Shown: piece after piece, positions 52,628 through 64,000 of the stretch | Numbering within the stretch: the stretch's first letter is position 1 | Layout: every line of letters starts with the position of its first letter | Notes under the pieces: generated by a model | What the model was told of the DNA's origin: nothing | The model's database searches: none | The model's input: only the letters and a program-made list of their open reading frames with translations | Made by a program: the position numbers and the translations under genes | Assembly: GCA_043228905.1 (NCBI GenBank) | Contig: JBHGNT010000017.1 | Location: forward strand, 7,192,001-7,256,000 | Length of the DNA: 64,000 nucleotides | Direction: 5' to 3' | DNA from: Azolla caroliniana | Lineage: Eukaryota; Plantae; Polypodiophyta

Positions 52628-54621
52628 GGTGAAAACACACAATTATATTAATAAATGTGTGTGAAAAACACTACTTACAATACGTGTGACAATGGAGTAT
52701 GGTCACACACTAACCACACTACACTACATGGGTAGTGGAACATGTTGAATTGGCAATAGGCAAGACGAACACTCCACCGAGGAAAGAATTTCCACTTGTT
52801 CCGATAAAGAAAATTGCCACATTAGTACTCCCTTCAACTTTCGTAGATATGCTTTCACTCCATGTCTACCATCAAATACAAAAGCGTTGCGCATGTTCCA
52901 ATTATGACGCAATCCCCAATATCTCAGAAATAGGAAAACAATCTCCATCACTGATTTTGGGTCAGCCTGTGTAAATTGTGCAAACACCCATTGTCTAGGT
53001 GTCAAATAACTCCGTGATAAAACTTACCAAATTTGAGAAATGTAACTCCAAATTTGACAAGCAATTGGACATTGTATAAATTGATGAGTACTCTCTTCTA
53101 TCTGAATTGTGCAAAAGAAGCAGGTACCCGTTGCTAGTCCACGACGCTTTAAAGCTAATCCCAAAGGCAATCCTCCAATCAAAACTCTCCAAATGAATAC
53201 CTTTGCAACAACTGGCAATTTAGAATGCCAACTACGTTGTAAGATCTGCCACCACCCATGATCAGATTTGTGTATTTTCCATTCTTCTTCAGCCTTAGAT
53301 GATAACCATCCAAGAGACTCAACGGAACAATGATACAAAAGATTAGTAGTCACTTGTAACAATGGTGTTTGACCCCTTAAACTCCAATCAATCCACGGTT
53401 GTTCTCCTATTTGTAGAGGTAAGGGACCTTGCATCAATGCAATATTCTGTAGTTGTTGCCAAATAAACCCATAATTAGGTGGGATGCGTAATAATTGTCA
53501 TGCTTCAGTAAACTCCAAAATTCTTTGAGATGGAACGTCAACTATATCTCCCACCTCTTTGACCCCCAAACGAAACAAACGATTAAATAGAGAACGCAAT
53601 CTCTCTTTTCTTGGCCAACATAATAATCGAGAAGACACAAATAACTCTTTTTGCAAAGAGTTACAATGCTCTCTACTAGATGATGGTTTCCATACACATA
53701 ACAAGAGTGCTTCTTGCCATGAGGTAACTAAGTGTTGAACACATGAAGAGCCCGGAATCCTAAGTGAAATACATTCATTCAGTAATTCCCACCATGAAGC
53801 CTTAATCGTTGTCCTCCCATGTGTTAAACCCTTGATCTCAATGAAATATCGAACAATAGATATCCATGGTTGTGAGTTTGAACACATGTCTTGTAATAAT
53901 GAAAATCTACGAGCCATCATATGCATAGATAAGTTCAATATTCCAACCCCCCCCAATCGCTTAGGGGTTGCTTGATGATTCCAAGCAATCCATGTGATTC
54001 CCATCTTATCCCTCTTCTTCCACAACAAATATCGAAAAGAGGTTGCAAAACAAAATTCAACGTCTTCTTTGTCCATGGCAATAATGGCAAGTAATATAAT
54101 ATCATGGGTTCCATAATACATTGTACAACCTTCAAGTGAACATGAAATGGCTAAGATTGTGACTTCCAATACATGAACTCATCCCTCAACTTACTAGACA
54201 TCCATTCAATCAATTGACCATTTGTAACATTCATTCCTAATGGATAGCCCAAGTGTTGAAAAATAGAGCCTTTCTTCACCACGGATCCTTGCCATCCTAA
54301 ACATTCCAAATCCCTTTCAGTGCATGATATGAGACTAGACTTCCTCCAATTAATGTGTAATCTGGAAGCCAATGCAAACTGATTCCATACAAGCATCCCC
54401 TTCTCAAGATTCTCCCGTGAGGCTTGTAAAAACATGAAAGAATCATCTGCCAAAGCTTGTGCTACTATTTGCCCTCCGGACGGAAGGTGTAAACCCACAA
54501 TGTCACCATTTATTGCAAGTCTTGATAGCATCACTAACAAAGGATGAGTAACAATAGCAAACAACAATGGGCTAAGAGGGCATCCTTGACGAACGGATCT
54601 TGTGAGGGCAATATTTGATGT
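52624..54621 (-). mobile_element. 5'-truncated LINE (L1/Tx1-like; RT C-terminal half plus zf-RVT), bounded by (TC)20 and (TC)10
   Basis: SVRQGCPLSPLLF, QALADDSF, GTCFFC...ESTHQFIQC, RYWGLRHNWNMRN. Frameshifted. Confidence 0.92.
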
Positions 54622-54819
54622 TCTCTCTCTCTCTCTCTCTCTTTGGTAAAAGCACACAATTATATTAATTGTATGTAAAATCCACTTAGTTACAACACTT
54701 CTTAGTATCCTCTACCTATCATATGCCTATGTAGGGAGAGGGACGTTCTTTAATGCTACTAAAAAACCTGAATATGCATTTGAGGAAATGATCCCCACAT
54801 GCTCTAACATCCAAAAATT

Positions 54820-57800
54820 TCACATGAGAATACCTTTAAGCTTCTTTATATAGGCCTTCACCCCATGTCTATTATCAAACATCAAAGCATTACGCATATT
54901 CCAATTGTGTTGTAGACCCCAATAACGTAAAAATTGGAACAATATCTCCATTTCATCATTTGATTCATTTTGAACATATTGAGAAAAAACCCATTGTTGA
55001 GGTCTCAAACAACAACGGGTTAAAACTTGCCAAATGTCCGATAAGTACTTCCAAATGGTACACGCTATACGACAAATAATGAGCCTATGTGTACTATCCT
55101 CCAATGGAACGGTGCAAAAGAAACAAGTGCTAGACCCTAGTCCTTGTCTCTTTAAGGCCGAACCTAATGGGAGCCCACCAATCATGACTCTCCATATGAA
55201 TACCTTTGCACGAAATGGTAGATGGGAATGCCAACCACGTTGTAATATTTTCCACCACCTTGTATCTGACTTATATACATTCCACACCTTCCTTGCTTTA
55301 GGAGATAACCAAGATAATGATGCCATCGCATGATGATAAAATATATTTGTAGTGACCTGTAACAAGCGTGTACCATCTTGTAACCGCCAATCTACCCAAG
55401 GTGCAAAATTGGTTTTCAATGGCAAAGATCCTTGCAACAATGGTATATCATGTAATTTCTCCCAAATAAATCCATAATTTGGGGGAATACATAACCATCT
55501 CTTGGCATCTTCAATATCCGACAACCTTTGAGATTCATTATCAACCACATCTTCCAAATGTACAATCCCCAATCGAAATAAACGATTGAATTGAGATCTC
55601 AACTTCTCTTTCCCATGCCAAAACAGCACTCGAGAAGAAACAAGCAATTTGTTTTGTAATGAATTACAATATTCTCGATCACTTGATGGTCCCCATTCAA
55701 AAAGAGATAATGCATCTTGCCACGATCTTACCAAATGTTGTCCACATACAAAATGTCGAATCTTTAGAGGAATACTTCCATTCAGTAGTGACCACCATGA
55801 TGCTTGAATCTTTGTTTTCCCATGCACCAATCCTTCATGCTCAATAAAATATTGCATCATAGATATCCATGGTTGATCTTGTTGACATATATCTCGTAAT
55901 AATGTAAATCTACGAGCCATCAAATGCCTTTCCAAATCCAATATTGCTGCACCACGTAACCTTTTAGGAGTAGCCAAATGGTCCCATGAAATCCATGTAA
56001 CTCCCATCATTTCTCCCTTCCGCCACAACATGAACCGAATAGGTTGTAACATGCTTTGTAATGCCTTCTTAGTCCAAGGAAGTAAAGGCAAAAAATATAA
56101 TAACATGGGTATCAAGATACATTGCACCACTTTGAGTTGTACATGAAAGGGCCATAATTGAGACTTCCAATACATAAATTTTTCCTTCAATTTACTACCA
56201 ATCCAATCAATCAATTGAACATTTGTAACATCAATGTCCAATGGATAACCCAAATGTCGATAAATTGAACCTCGTGTAATCACTGACCCTCGCCATCCCA
56301 AAAATTCCAAATCACTCTTCGTACAAGAAATAAGGCGAGACTTCCTCCAATTTATATACAACCCTGAAGCCAAAGCAAATTGATCCCAAACTTGCATACT
56401 CCTTTTAAGATTTTCTTTTGAGGCTTGTAAAAACATAAAAGAATCATCTGCCAATGCTTGTGCCACCAATTGTCCACCAGAAGGAAGATGCAAACCCACA
56501 ATATCACCACTGGCCACAAGATTTGACAACATTACTAACAAAGGATGTGTAACAATAGCAAATAACAATGGGCTTAGTGGACATCCTTGCCGCACGGATC
56601 TAGTAAGAAACACTTTCGGAGTGACTCCACCATTAAGCATCACACGGGAGGTTGCATTTTGCCCTAGAGAAAAGATAAGTCAACACATACGAGGACCAAA
56701 ACCCATATTATACATGATCATATGCTTTTTCCAAATCTAATTGCACCATAACCATTTCTTGATGTGTATGTCGAGCATAATCGGTCGCCATTTGAACATT
56801 CAAAACATTATGCAATATATTTTTACCTGTAATAAAACCATATTGAGATGGATGAATAAGTTGAGGTAAGAACTTCTTAAGTTTGTTAGATAATATCTTT
56901 GCAAACACTTTGTACAACCCTCCCATCAATGAAATAGGCCTCCATTGATGAAATGACTCTGGAGATGGTACCCTTGGTATCAATTGATTAGGCCCACCTT
57001 CCAGCTCTTAGGCATGAAACCATTATCCCAACATTGTTGAAACATTTGTGTGAATGGACTCTTAAGCATGTTAACATACTTCTTAAAAACTTCATTTGTA
57101 ACACCATCCCAACCAGGGCTTTTACCATTTGGAAGGTGTAATAATACCTTTTCCACCTTAGCGTCTTCAAAATCAGCATCCAATTCTTGACAAATATTTG
57201 TATTCACGGCACTCCCAATTACATTATAAAACTCTTGTCGTGCTTTCAAGACATCCTCATTAATAATCAACTCTGGCCCAATCAAATTCTTAAAATGAGC
57301 AATACATAACTCAATAACCTTGACTGGGTCTACAACAATGTCATCCCCTATCTTAATTTGTACCACATTTGAACGAGCGTATGGTGATCTTAATCCTTGA
57401 AAAAACATATGAGATTGTGATTGATTATCTATAAATCCCTCCTTTAATTGACGTAGTCTTGTTTGTTGATAACTTTGACAAGACAAATTCTTCACAATCT
57501 CCTGTACTTGAACTTGAACATCCAAAAGCTCTTCATCATGTGGATTATTCATCAATAGTACATTGCACCACGTAAGAATATATGAAAACTTATCAATCAA
57601 TTTCTTACGTCTTTTAGCATTAGTCATACCATACATATGATGAATATCATTGATGTTTGTAGTGTTGTATCCCATGCATGCCATCCTTTTGAAATAACTT
57701 GTTCTGAAAACATGCCAAAAATTTGTTGCATATAGGCATCAAATAAAGAATGTAATAATAAAGAAGAATTGAACCTCAAAGGGACTCGTTGAAGCAATGT

Positions 57801-58532
57801 TTTGCACATATCTACCCCATAATTATTAAACTCAAAACATAATATGGGAAAATGATCTGATGCCACAACCTCTTGCATAATTGACATATTAAGCATCTTT
57901 GGCAAAAAGGACTCATCATCCATAACATACATTCTATCTAACCTACTCCATGTTTCCTTGGATTGCATAGACTAAAATGTAAACCCAAGCTCATCTTGAT
58001 GCAACCATTTCCATACATCCAACTTCAAAACCTCGGATGCTAATTTGTCCCAAACTGCTTGCTCAGGAGAATCCATCAATGAGAATCGTGAAGTAGATTG
58101 TGAAGCATCAACACACATATTAAAATCACCCATTAACAAACCAACATGTCGCACTGATAACCGTGGATGCATTGAAGACCATAACTCAATGCGTTGATTA
58201 ACATTATTGGGTGCATAGATTCCTACCAACCATATCAAATCCTCAAAATACATGACTTCCATCACCAAAAAATGTCCATATGGATCATTATAGACTATAT
58301 GTGGACAAAACGAATCATGAATAATCATGAAAACCCCTGAGTAATGATGTGATAATTGTCCTGCATTATATGCGGAATATCCACGCAAATGTAAAACAGA
58401 TCCTGCTAAATCATGGCACTTATGTTCAACTACACATAAAACATCCCAATCTTTATCAAATAAAGTTTTCCATAATATATATTTCTTATGAGGAGAAGAT
58501 GCCCCTCTCACATTCCATGATACCACTTTCAT
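54820..58532 (-). pseudogene. LINE ORF2: APE endonuclease, RT, zf-RVT (several stops and frameshifts)
   Basis: MKVVSWNVRG, GIYAPN, MGDFN, SRLDRMY, SDHFPI, KSPGWDG, WRPISL, LDLEKAYDHV, RQGCPLSP, LADD, CFFC...HRLIIC. Confidence 0.93.
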
Positions 58533-59931
58533 TTAACACCTTTGGTAAGAACTTGTTGTTTCTGAGCAAGTGTATTCATGAATGTACTAACTACTTGTTC
58601 AAGAGCTGCATAAGGATTTGTGTGTACTACATCCTCTCCACCAATATTAGGGTTTTGTTGTCTAGCTCCACGAGAACGAAGTCCTTGATTTAATTGAGGT
58701 CGTACCACCCTTCCTGAAGAATCGAATTGTAATTGGTTGGACAATCTCTGATTTCGCACTTGTTTCTGCCAAGGATTTTTCTTAAACCCCTCCTTCAATC
58801 TCAATTTATCTTTTGGTAATGTCATACCATAAGTATTTTTTGATTCCCTTTGTATGACAACACCCTTCCCTTTTATCTTATGCTTCACTAGATGTCACTC
58901 TCCATCTTCAACATTTGGGCCATCATTATTACATGCTCCATTCTCCTCCCCAACACCTCTAACATGACCATGAACTTTAGGATCTCGCTCTAACCCATGA
59001 GATGTTCCCTCATCCATGACCATATCAACCATTGAGACAATATCCTTCTCAACATCTTCCTTATTTTTCCCTTTGACATTATTTTCTGGGGATAGTTCAC
59101 CATGATATTGGCATTCAGCCATAAAATGCCCCAATTTACCACATTTAAAACAATGTCCTGCAAAAGTTTCTCATTGAAGCTTAAAATGAAATCGACCAAA
59201 TCGAGATGTATCGATACTCAAACATGCTAGAAGTTTACAACTTGTATCCCATAACATGCAAAATCTACATTTGTTCAACAAATTAACATGAGGAGCAACC
59301 AAAACTTTACCAATTTGGGACATCAATCCTGGTAGTAAATCCCAAAAGAATGAGTTACTACAATCAACAATCACCCAAATTGGACATTGTTGTTTTAAAA
59401 AATCTTTATAATCCACCACTGGAACCCATTCCATCACATGCACTAATCTTCTATCAAAAAAGATTGGTACCTTTGCCATCAAAGCCGTACGGTGTTCTGA
59501 CGATCGAAAAACTACATCATAGAAACCTCTTGGACCCACATACACATTCTCAACACAATTAGGCATTATGAATTAATTCAACCACTGCTTAATCCATGAT
59601 ACCAAAGGAAGTTTGCTAGTGAAATACAAAATAACACCACGATCATAGAACCTGTCAAAAGTTGCTAACATAGAGTTGGTCTCCATCACCACCTCGACAA
59701 CATCCTCCTCCACACAATCTTTAGCATCTTTCTCATTTTTTTCCATAAAATTGGAAAGCAAAGCCTTAACAAAATCACAACGACTGTCAATATCATAATC
59801 ATCTTCAATAACATCTTTCCCATCAAGAATAGTAGCATATGATGTTTTCTCATGTTTTGTAGAATCAATACATCATTACTACCACATCCATCAATAATCA
59901 TCAACTCACTTCTTGTTGTTGTGTCAGCCAT
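58529..59931 (-). pseudogene. LINE ORF1 (DUF4283-like plus CCHC zinc knuckle), fragmented
   Basis: GPRGFYDVVF...PIFFDRRLVHVMEW, and CFKCGKLGHFMAEC at about 59112-59153. The stop overlaps the ORF2 ATG. Confidence 0.8.
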
Positions 59932-61107
59932 CCTAATAGAGATTGAGAGAACTAACCTGAGACGATGACACTTTTGCTTGTAGCTTCTTGTAATGATAGC
60001 GAAACGTAACGTCCAAGTAATCCTTGGAAAGCCCTTCTGAACGAGCTTTGCAACGAGCCAAAAATCATAAAAAATTTGAGTTCTTCTCTCTCTCTCTCTC
60101 TCTCTCTCTATCCACTACTATCTTGTCTATCCCTTTCATCATCACTTTTTCTCTTGCTCTTTTTACTGTTATCTTGTCGTAGTTCCAACATGGCCCAAAA
60201 ACCATTAACACACCTTGTGGGCTCAAAATACATTGGACAAGCATTTCATCAAATCAACTTATAATACTAAGTGATGAATTGGGTACATATGTCAACTACA
60301 ATGAATGGGATATACCCTATAAGAAAAAAATATTGCGATGACGATGGTGGGATGCTTGATTGTTTTATGAAAAGTGCCTTGTCTAAACTTACTCTCATTG
60401 TTGAGGAAGACCCGTGTCCACTTCCCTTCCTGAGTTTCACAATGAGTTAATGGATAAAGACTAGAGTAAACAAAACTCAATTGTCTAAAACCTAAGATCT
60501 TTACTACATCCACACAACAACTAATCCAATGAAGAACTAACAACATAAAATTGAGGAAAAGGCCTTAGGAGACTCCAAATTGGTAGAACATATTGAGTTT
60601 CCTACTCATTTGAAACCATGTGAACAAGGCACCCACTTAGTTCTTCTTAAGACCACCTCAAAGGAAATTTCACTTTAAAACCCTTTTGATTGTATTGCAC
60701 AAATCAATAAGATTAATAAATGCTAAACTGGTGTTTTTAGCAACCAATCTCACACAAGAGGAAACTGTAACCTAGATGCGCTACTATGAGAATTCAAGGA
60801 TTTCACCACTAAAGATATGTAGATATATAAAAGGAATTCCACTAGAGGTGGTGATGCACACAATTCATAAGTGAGAAGGCACACATCCCATTGAACAAAG
60901 ACCATGTAAAATGAACCCTTGTTATGCTCAACATGTTACAAACATAATTGTAATTGTAGTTCTCCAACCTTAGGGTTAGGTGTAAGGATTGAGTTATTCT
61001 CAATCCTATAGTGAGAGATAACTTTAGACTCTTTCATCACTTGAACATTTATAGTAAAACAATAAGGTATGAATTAGATATGGGGCATAGAGTTTGAGCC
61101 TATATAA

Positions 61108-62147
61108 TGTTGGGAGACAGGTCCCTCCGAATGGGAAGGGAGAAGAACAATGCCGACGAACAGACTCGGCCGAGGCCGATAGGCCGAGGCCGAAACGGTA
61201 TGAGGAGTACCCGGCTACGGAGAGCCGGATGATACAGACCCGGTGTGAACCAGATGAGGAGTACCCGGCTACGAAGAGCCGGATGCTACAGACCCGGTAT
61301 GAACCGGATGAGGAGTACCCGGCTACGGAGAGCCGGATGGTGCAGGCCCGGTATGAACCGGATGAGGAGTACCCGGCTACGGAGAGCCGGATGGTGCAGG
61401 CCCGGTATGAACCGGATGAGGAGTACCCGGCTACGGAGAGCCGGATGGTGCAGGCCCAGTATGAACCAGATGAGGAGTACCCGACTACGGAGAGCCGGAT
61501 GGTGCAGGCCCGGTATGAACCGGATGAGGAGTACCCGGCTACGGAGAGCCGGATGGTGCAGGCCCGGTATGAACCGGATGAGGAGTACCCGGCTACGGAG
61601 AGCCGGATGGTGCAGGCCCGGTATGAACCGAATGAGGAGTACCCGGCTACGGAGAGCCGGATGGTGCAGGCCCGGTATGAACCAGAGGAAGAGACATATT
61701 CGTAAATATGTTTCTGAGAGCCCATTGTGGCTATATTTGTAAATAGCCGAAAAGTCATATTAGTATAAATATGACTTAGGGCAAACTAATATTATGTTGT
61801 TGTAATTTTTCCTTGTTGGTGCAAGAAGAAGAGAGAGCGCGTAACTGTACAGAGAGAGAGAGAGAGAGAACGAGGTCGTTGCCTCTGTTGTAACCGCCGC
61901 CTGTGGCGAAGATCGTGAGTCCGAGGTCGTTGCCTCCGTGTACTCACTGTTTTGTACATTCATACATAGTGACAGTTTGCAGCCTGTGGGCTGCCGTGGT
62001 TTTTTCCCCTAGTTTGGGGTTTTCCACGTTAACCTCCTGTGTACCATTTCTCTTCTTTGTGTCGTGTTCTATTTCCCATTTTCTGTGTATGAAAAGAATC
62101 TCGGTTGTGGCCGAGCGGTGGACATAAGGAACGACAAGTTCCCGTCA
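61108..62147 (+). mobile_element. Solo LTR (copia-type, 1040 bp)
   Basis: TGTTGGGA...TCCCGTCA termini. Perfect TSD TATAA (61103-61107 and 62148-62152). U5-like CCGTGGTTTTTTCCC...GGGTTTTCCACGT. Confidence 0.85.
61196..61690. repeat. 54-bp tandem array, about 9 copies, inside the solo LTR
   Basis: Unit CGGTATGAACCGGATGAGGAGTACCCGGCTACGGAGAGCCGGATGGTGCAGGCC. Confidence 0.97.
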
Positions 62148-62171
62148 TATAAGAAGGCTAACTACTTTCTT

Positions 62172-63258
62172 CTTTTTTCCTTGAAAGATTTTCTTCAATA
62201 GTATTAAAACATCGAAAAAGTACAAGTGAAAGTTATTTGCCCGTAGGTTTACAACGTAATGTATGTACACCTAAACTTGTACATACAAAAACAACTTATA
62301 TAGGGTTGTTGAGCCCTAAACGATACATTAACATGTTGGTTTTATATCAAGAAAAGGTCCATGGAAGATGATAATTCCATTGAGGTCTTTGGTTTGTCAT
62401 TACAAAGAGAGGCACCTTCCTCCATAAGTGAAGAAGCTTCATCCTTCTTTTATGAATATTTTTAGAGAACCATCCATGTTATCATACTGCCCACGAACTA
62501 CTATCAACAATGTTTCCCATATCTCAAGCAATACCTCTGGAATGCCAAGCTTTGCGGCATCATAAAGTCGACTGCATCTACATTTCCATAATACCCATAA
62601 TATTATCGTAGTCACAGTTTTCCAGATCTCGATAGATCACATCTGCTTTCGAGGTTGCTGAAACGGACTAACTGATATCAATCTTCTGTTATATGCTGTC
62701 ATGGCCTCTTGCATATCACTTGCCTCATATAACATCAGGTTGGAGTGTAATACTCCCCACACTGCTGCTCCCCATGAGAACAAGCAACCGACATTGATTG
62801 TTAGGAATAAAGAAAGAACTTTATTCCATACTTGTTGAGCCAAGGGACAAGACTAGAGGGCATGCTTAGTAGTCTCTAGCGTTGCATAGCAAAATCCACA
62901 TTGCCTGAGATTCTGTGCGACATTCCCTTTTAACGTCTGGCCAATTGGTAATGCAGCATGCACTAATAGCCATCTAAAAAGAATAAATTTAGAAGGCCCC
63001 TTGAAAGACCATATCCATCTCCAATATGTTTTCAACTGCAACGTTGAAACACCCCAGTTAGTCCAATGTTTTTGTGTTGCTGGTGTCATTACATTCATAG
63101 ACCTTAGTAATGACCTTCCTAGCTTTACTGAATACTGACAAAAGGAAACCTTTATGATATGTTCCCCCAAGGAATATGTCCAGAACCAACCCCCCGGATC
63201 CCATAGTAGTCTTGCAATAGGTTCTTTTGCATACAACCACATCATATCACACATATGT
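62172..63258 (-). mobile_element. 5'-truncated LINE (zf-RVT end) with an 18-bp TSD
   Basis: FRWLLVHAALP...CGFC...ETTKHAL..CPLAQQVW. TSD AAGGCTAACTAC(T/C)TTCTT at 62154-62171 and 63259-63276. Degenerate T tract at the left end. Confidence 0.85.
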
Positions 63259-63399
63259 AAGGCTAACTACCTTCTTGAAGGGGGTCATTTGTATTATTTT
63301 TTATGAAAGCTCTAATAGTGTAGCAACCGTTAATTTAGGTTCCCACACAACAAGTCAAGAAGAAAATTGATAAAATGCTAGAATAATCTATCCCATTGA

Positions 63400-64000
63400 A
63401 CATATTTATATATTTATTTACTAAAAAAACACTATTTCGCATTAGTTAGAAAAAATTACAACAAAGTTCTACCATTAAGATCCACAAGGACTAACCTTAG
63501 AGGGATTGATATATACAACAACTCCAAAAACGACCACAAATTTAGCAAAATTTACGTTTTCCTTCCCCCCACAAATGTGGTCATAATCCCCACTCCCTCA
63601 TTTACAACAAAATTATCCCACCTACTCTTTTGCAACAAAGTTATCCGGTTACCACAACTATTGGAACTTACTTGTACCTCAGCTATACATATTTACATAA
63701 CATGTCCACTATTGGGAGCCATTAGGGGAAACAACCGTGACCTGGGTGCTTGGTAGTTCCATTTAGGCTCCGTCGAAGATTTGACCGTCATAGGAGAACC
63801 ACCCCATTTCAACAAAAACTTTGACCTTGCCATTTCTGCTTCGTTTGAATCCCTCTGAATCGAGTCATACCATCCGCACATCCACGATACTAGCTCGAAC
63901 TAGATATTTAGCAACACCTCATCGCTTGGGAATTTTTGCTGCTGAAAAACAAACCTACAACGCCTGGTCCAAATGTGCTAGACCAATAAGCATGCCACCA
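63400..64000 (-). mobile_element. 3' end of another decayed LINE, running off the window end
   Basis: Minus strand *HIWTRRCRFVFQQ (L1 ORF2 C-terminal motif) leading into ORF 63693-63881. The left boundary is approximate. Confidence 0.6.

Larger units (their letters stand above)
54642..60084 (-). mobile_element. Near full-length LINE (about 5.4 kb, L1/Tx1-like), bounded by (TC)10 and (TC)12
   Basis: ORF1 and ORF2 are in order; its 3' terminus matches that of the neighbouring copy. Confidence 0.93.

Noticed and set aside
52257-60190. LTR-like relic hosting the (TC)n target (TAGAA repeats, TATA-like motif, ...CCAACA end)
   Set aside because: Suggestive, but I found no matching TSD or partner LTR.
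61196-61690. Regular repeat array as a CRISPR array or a repeat-protein gene
   Set aside because: Units are contiguous with no unique spacers, the context is eukaryotic and there are no cas genes. The array sits inside a TSD-flanked solo LTR, and its ORFs follow from a 54-bp unit that lacks stops in several frames.

Overview
Eukaryotic land-plant nuclear DNA, repeat-rich, with GT-AG introns. A fern or other non-seed plant is plausible, but that is inference. There are three host genes, all on the + strand: a 4-exon DUF936/CORD-family cortical microtubule protein (13246-16797), a 2-exon arabinogalactan peptide of the AGP16/20 type (23336-24291), and a 4-exon short TORTIFOLIA1/SPIRAL2-like HEAT protein (46971-49047). 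Most of the other recognisable sequence is nested transposons. These include a copia 5' end whose LTR is split by a pol-less, gag-only LTR element with a tRNA-Trp PBS (933-4962), and a three-deep copia nest plus a hAT MITE (25670-42097). There is also a solo LTR carrying a 54-bp array (61108-62147) and several LINE fragments. The most notable structure is at 52584-60108: two diverged L1/Tx1-like LINEs lie head-to-tail, each bounded by (TC)n, with almost no poly(A) and an LADD RT motif, which suggests a microsatellite-targeting plant LINE family. Boundaries were read by eye; no database searches were run.
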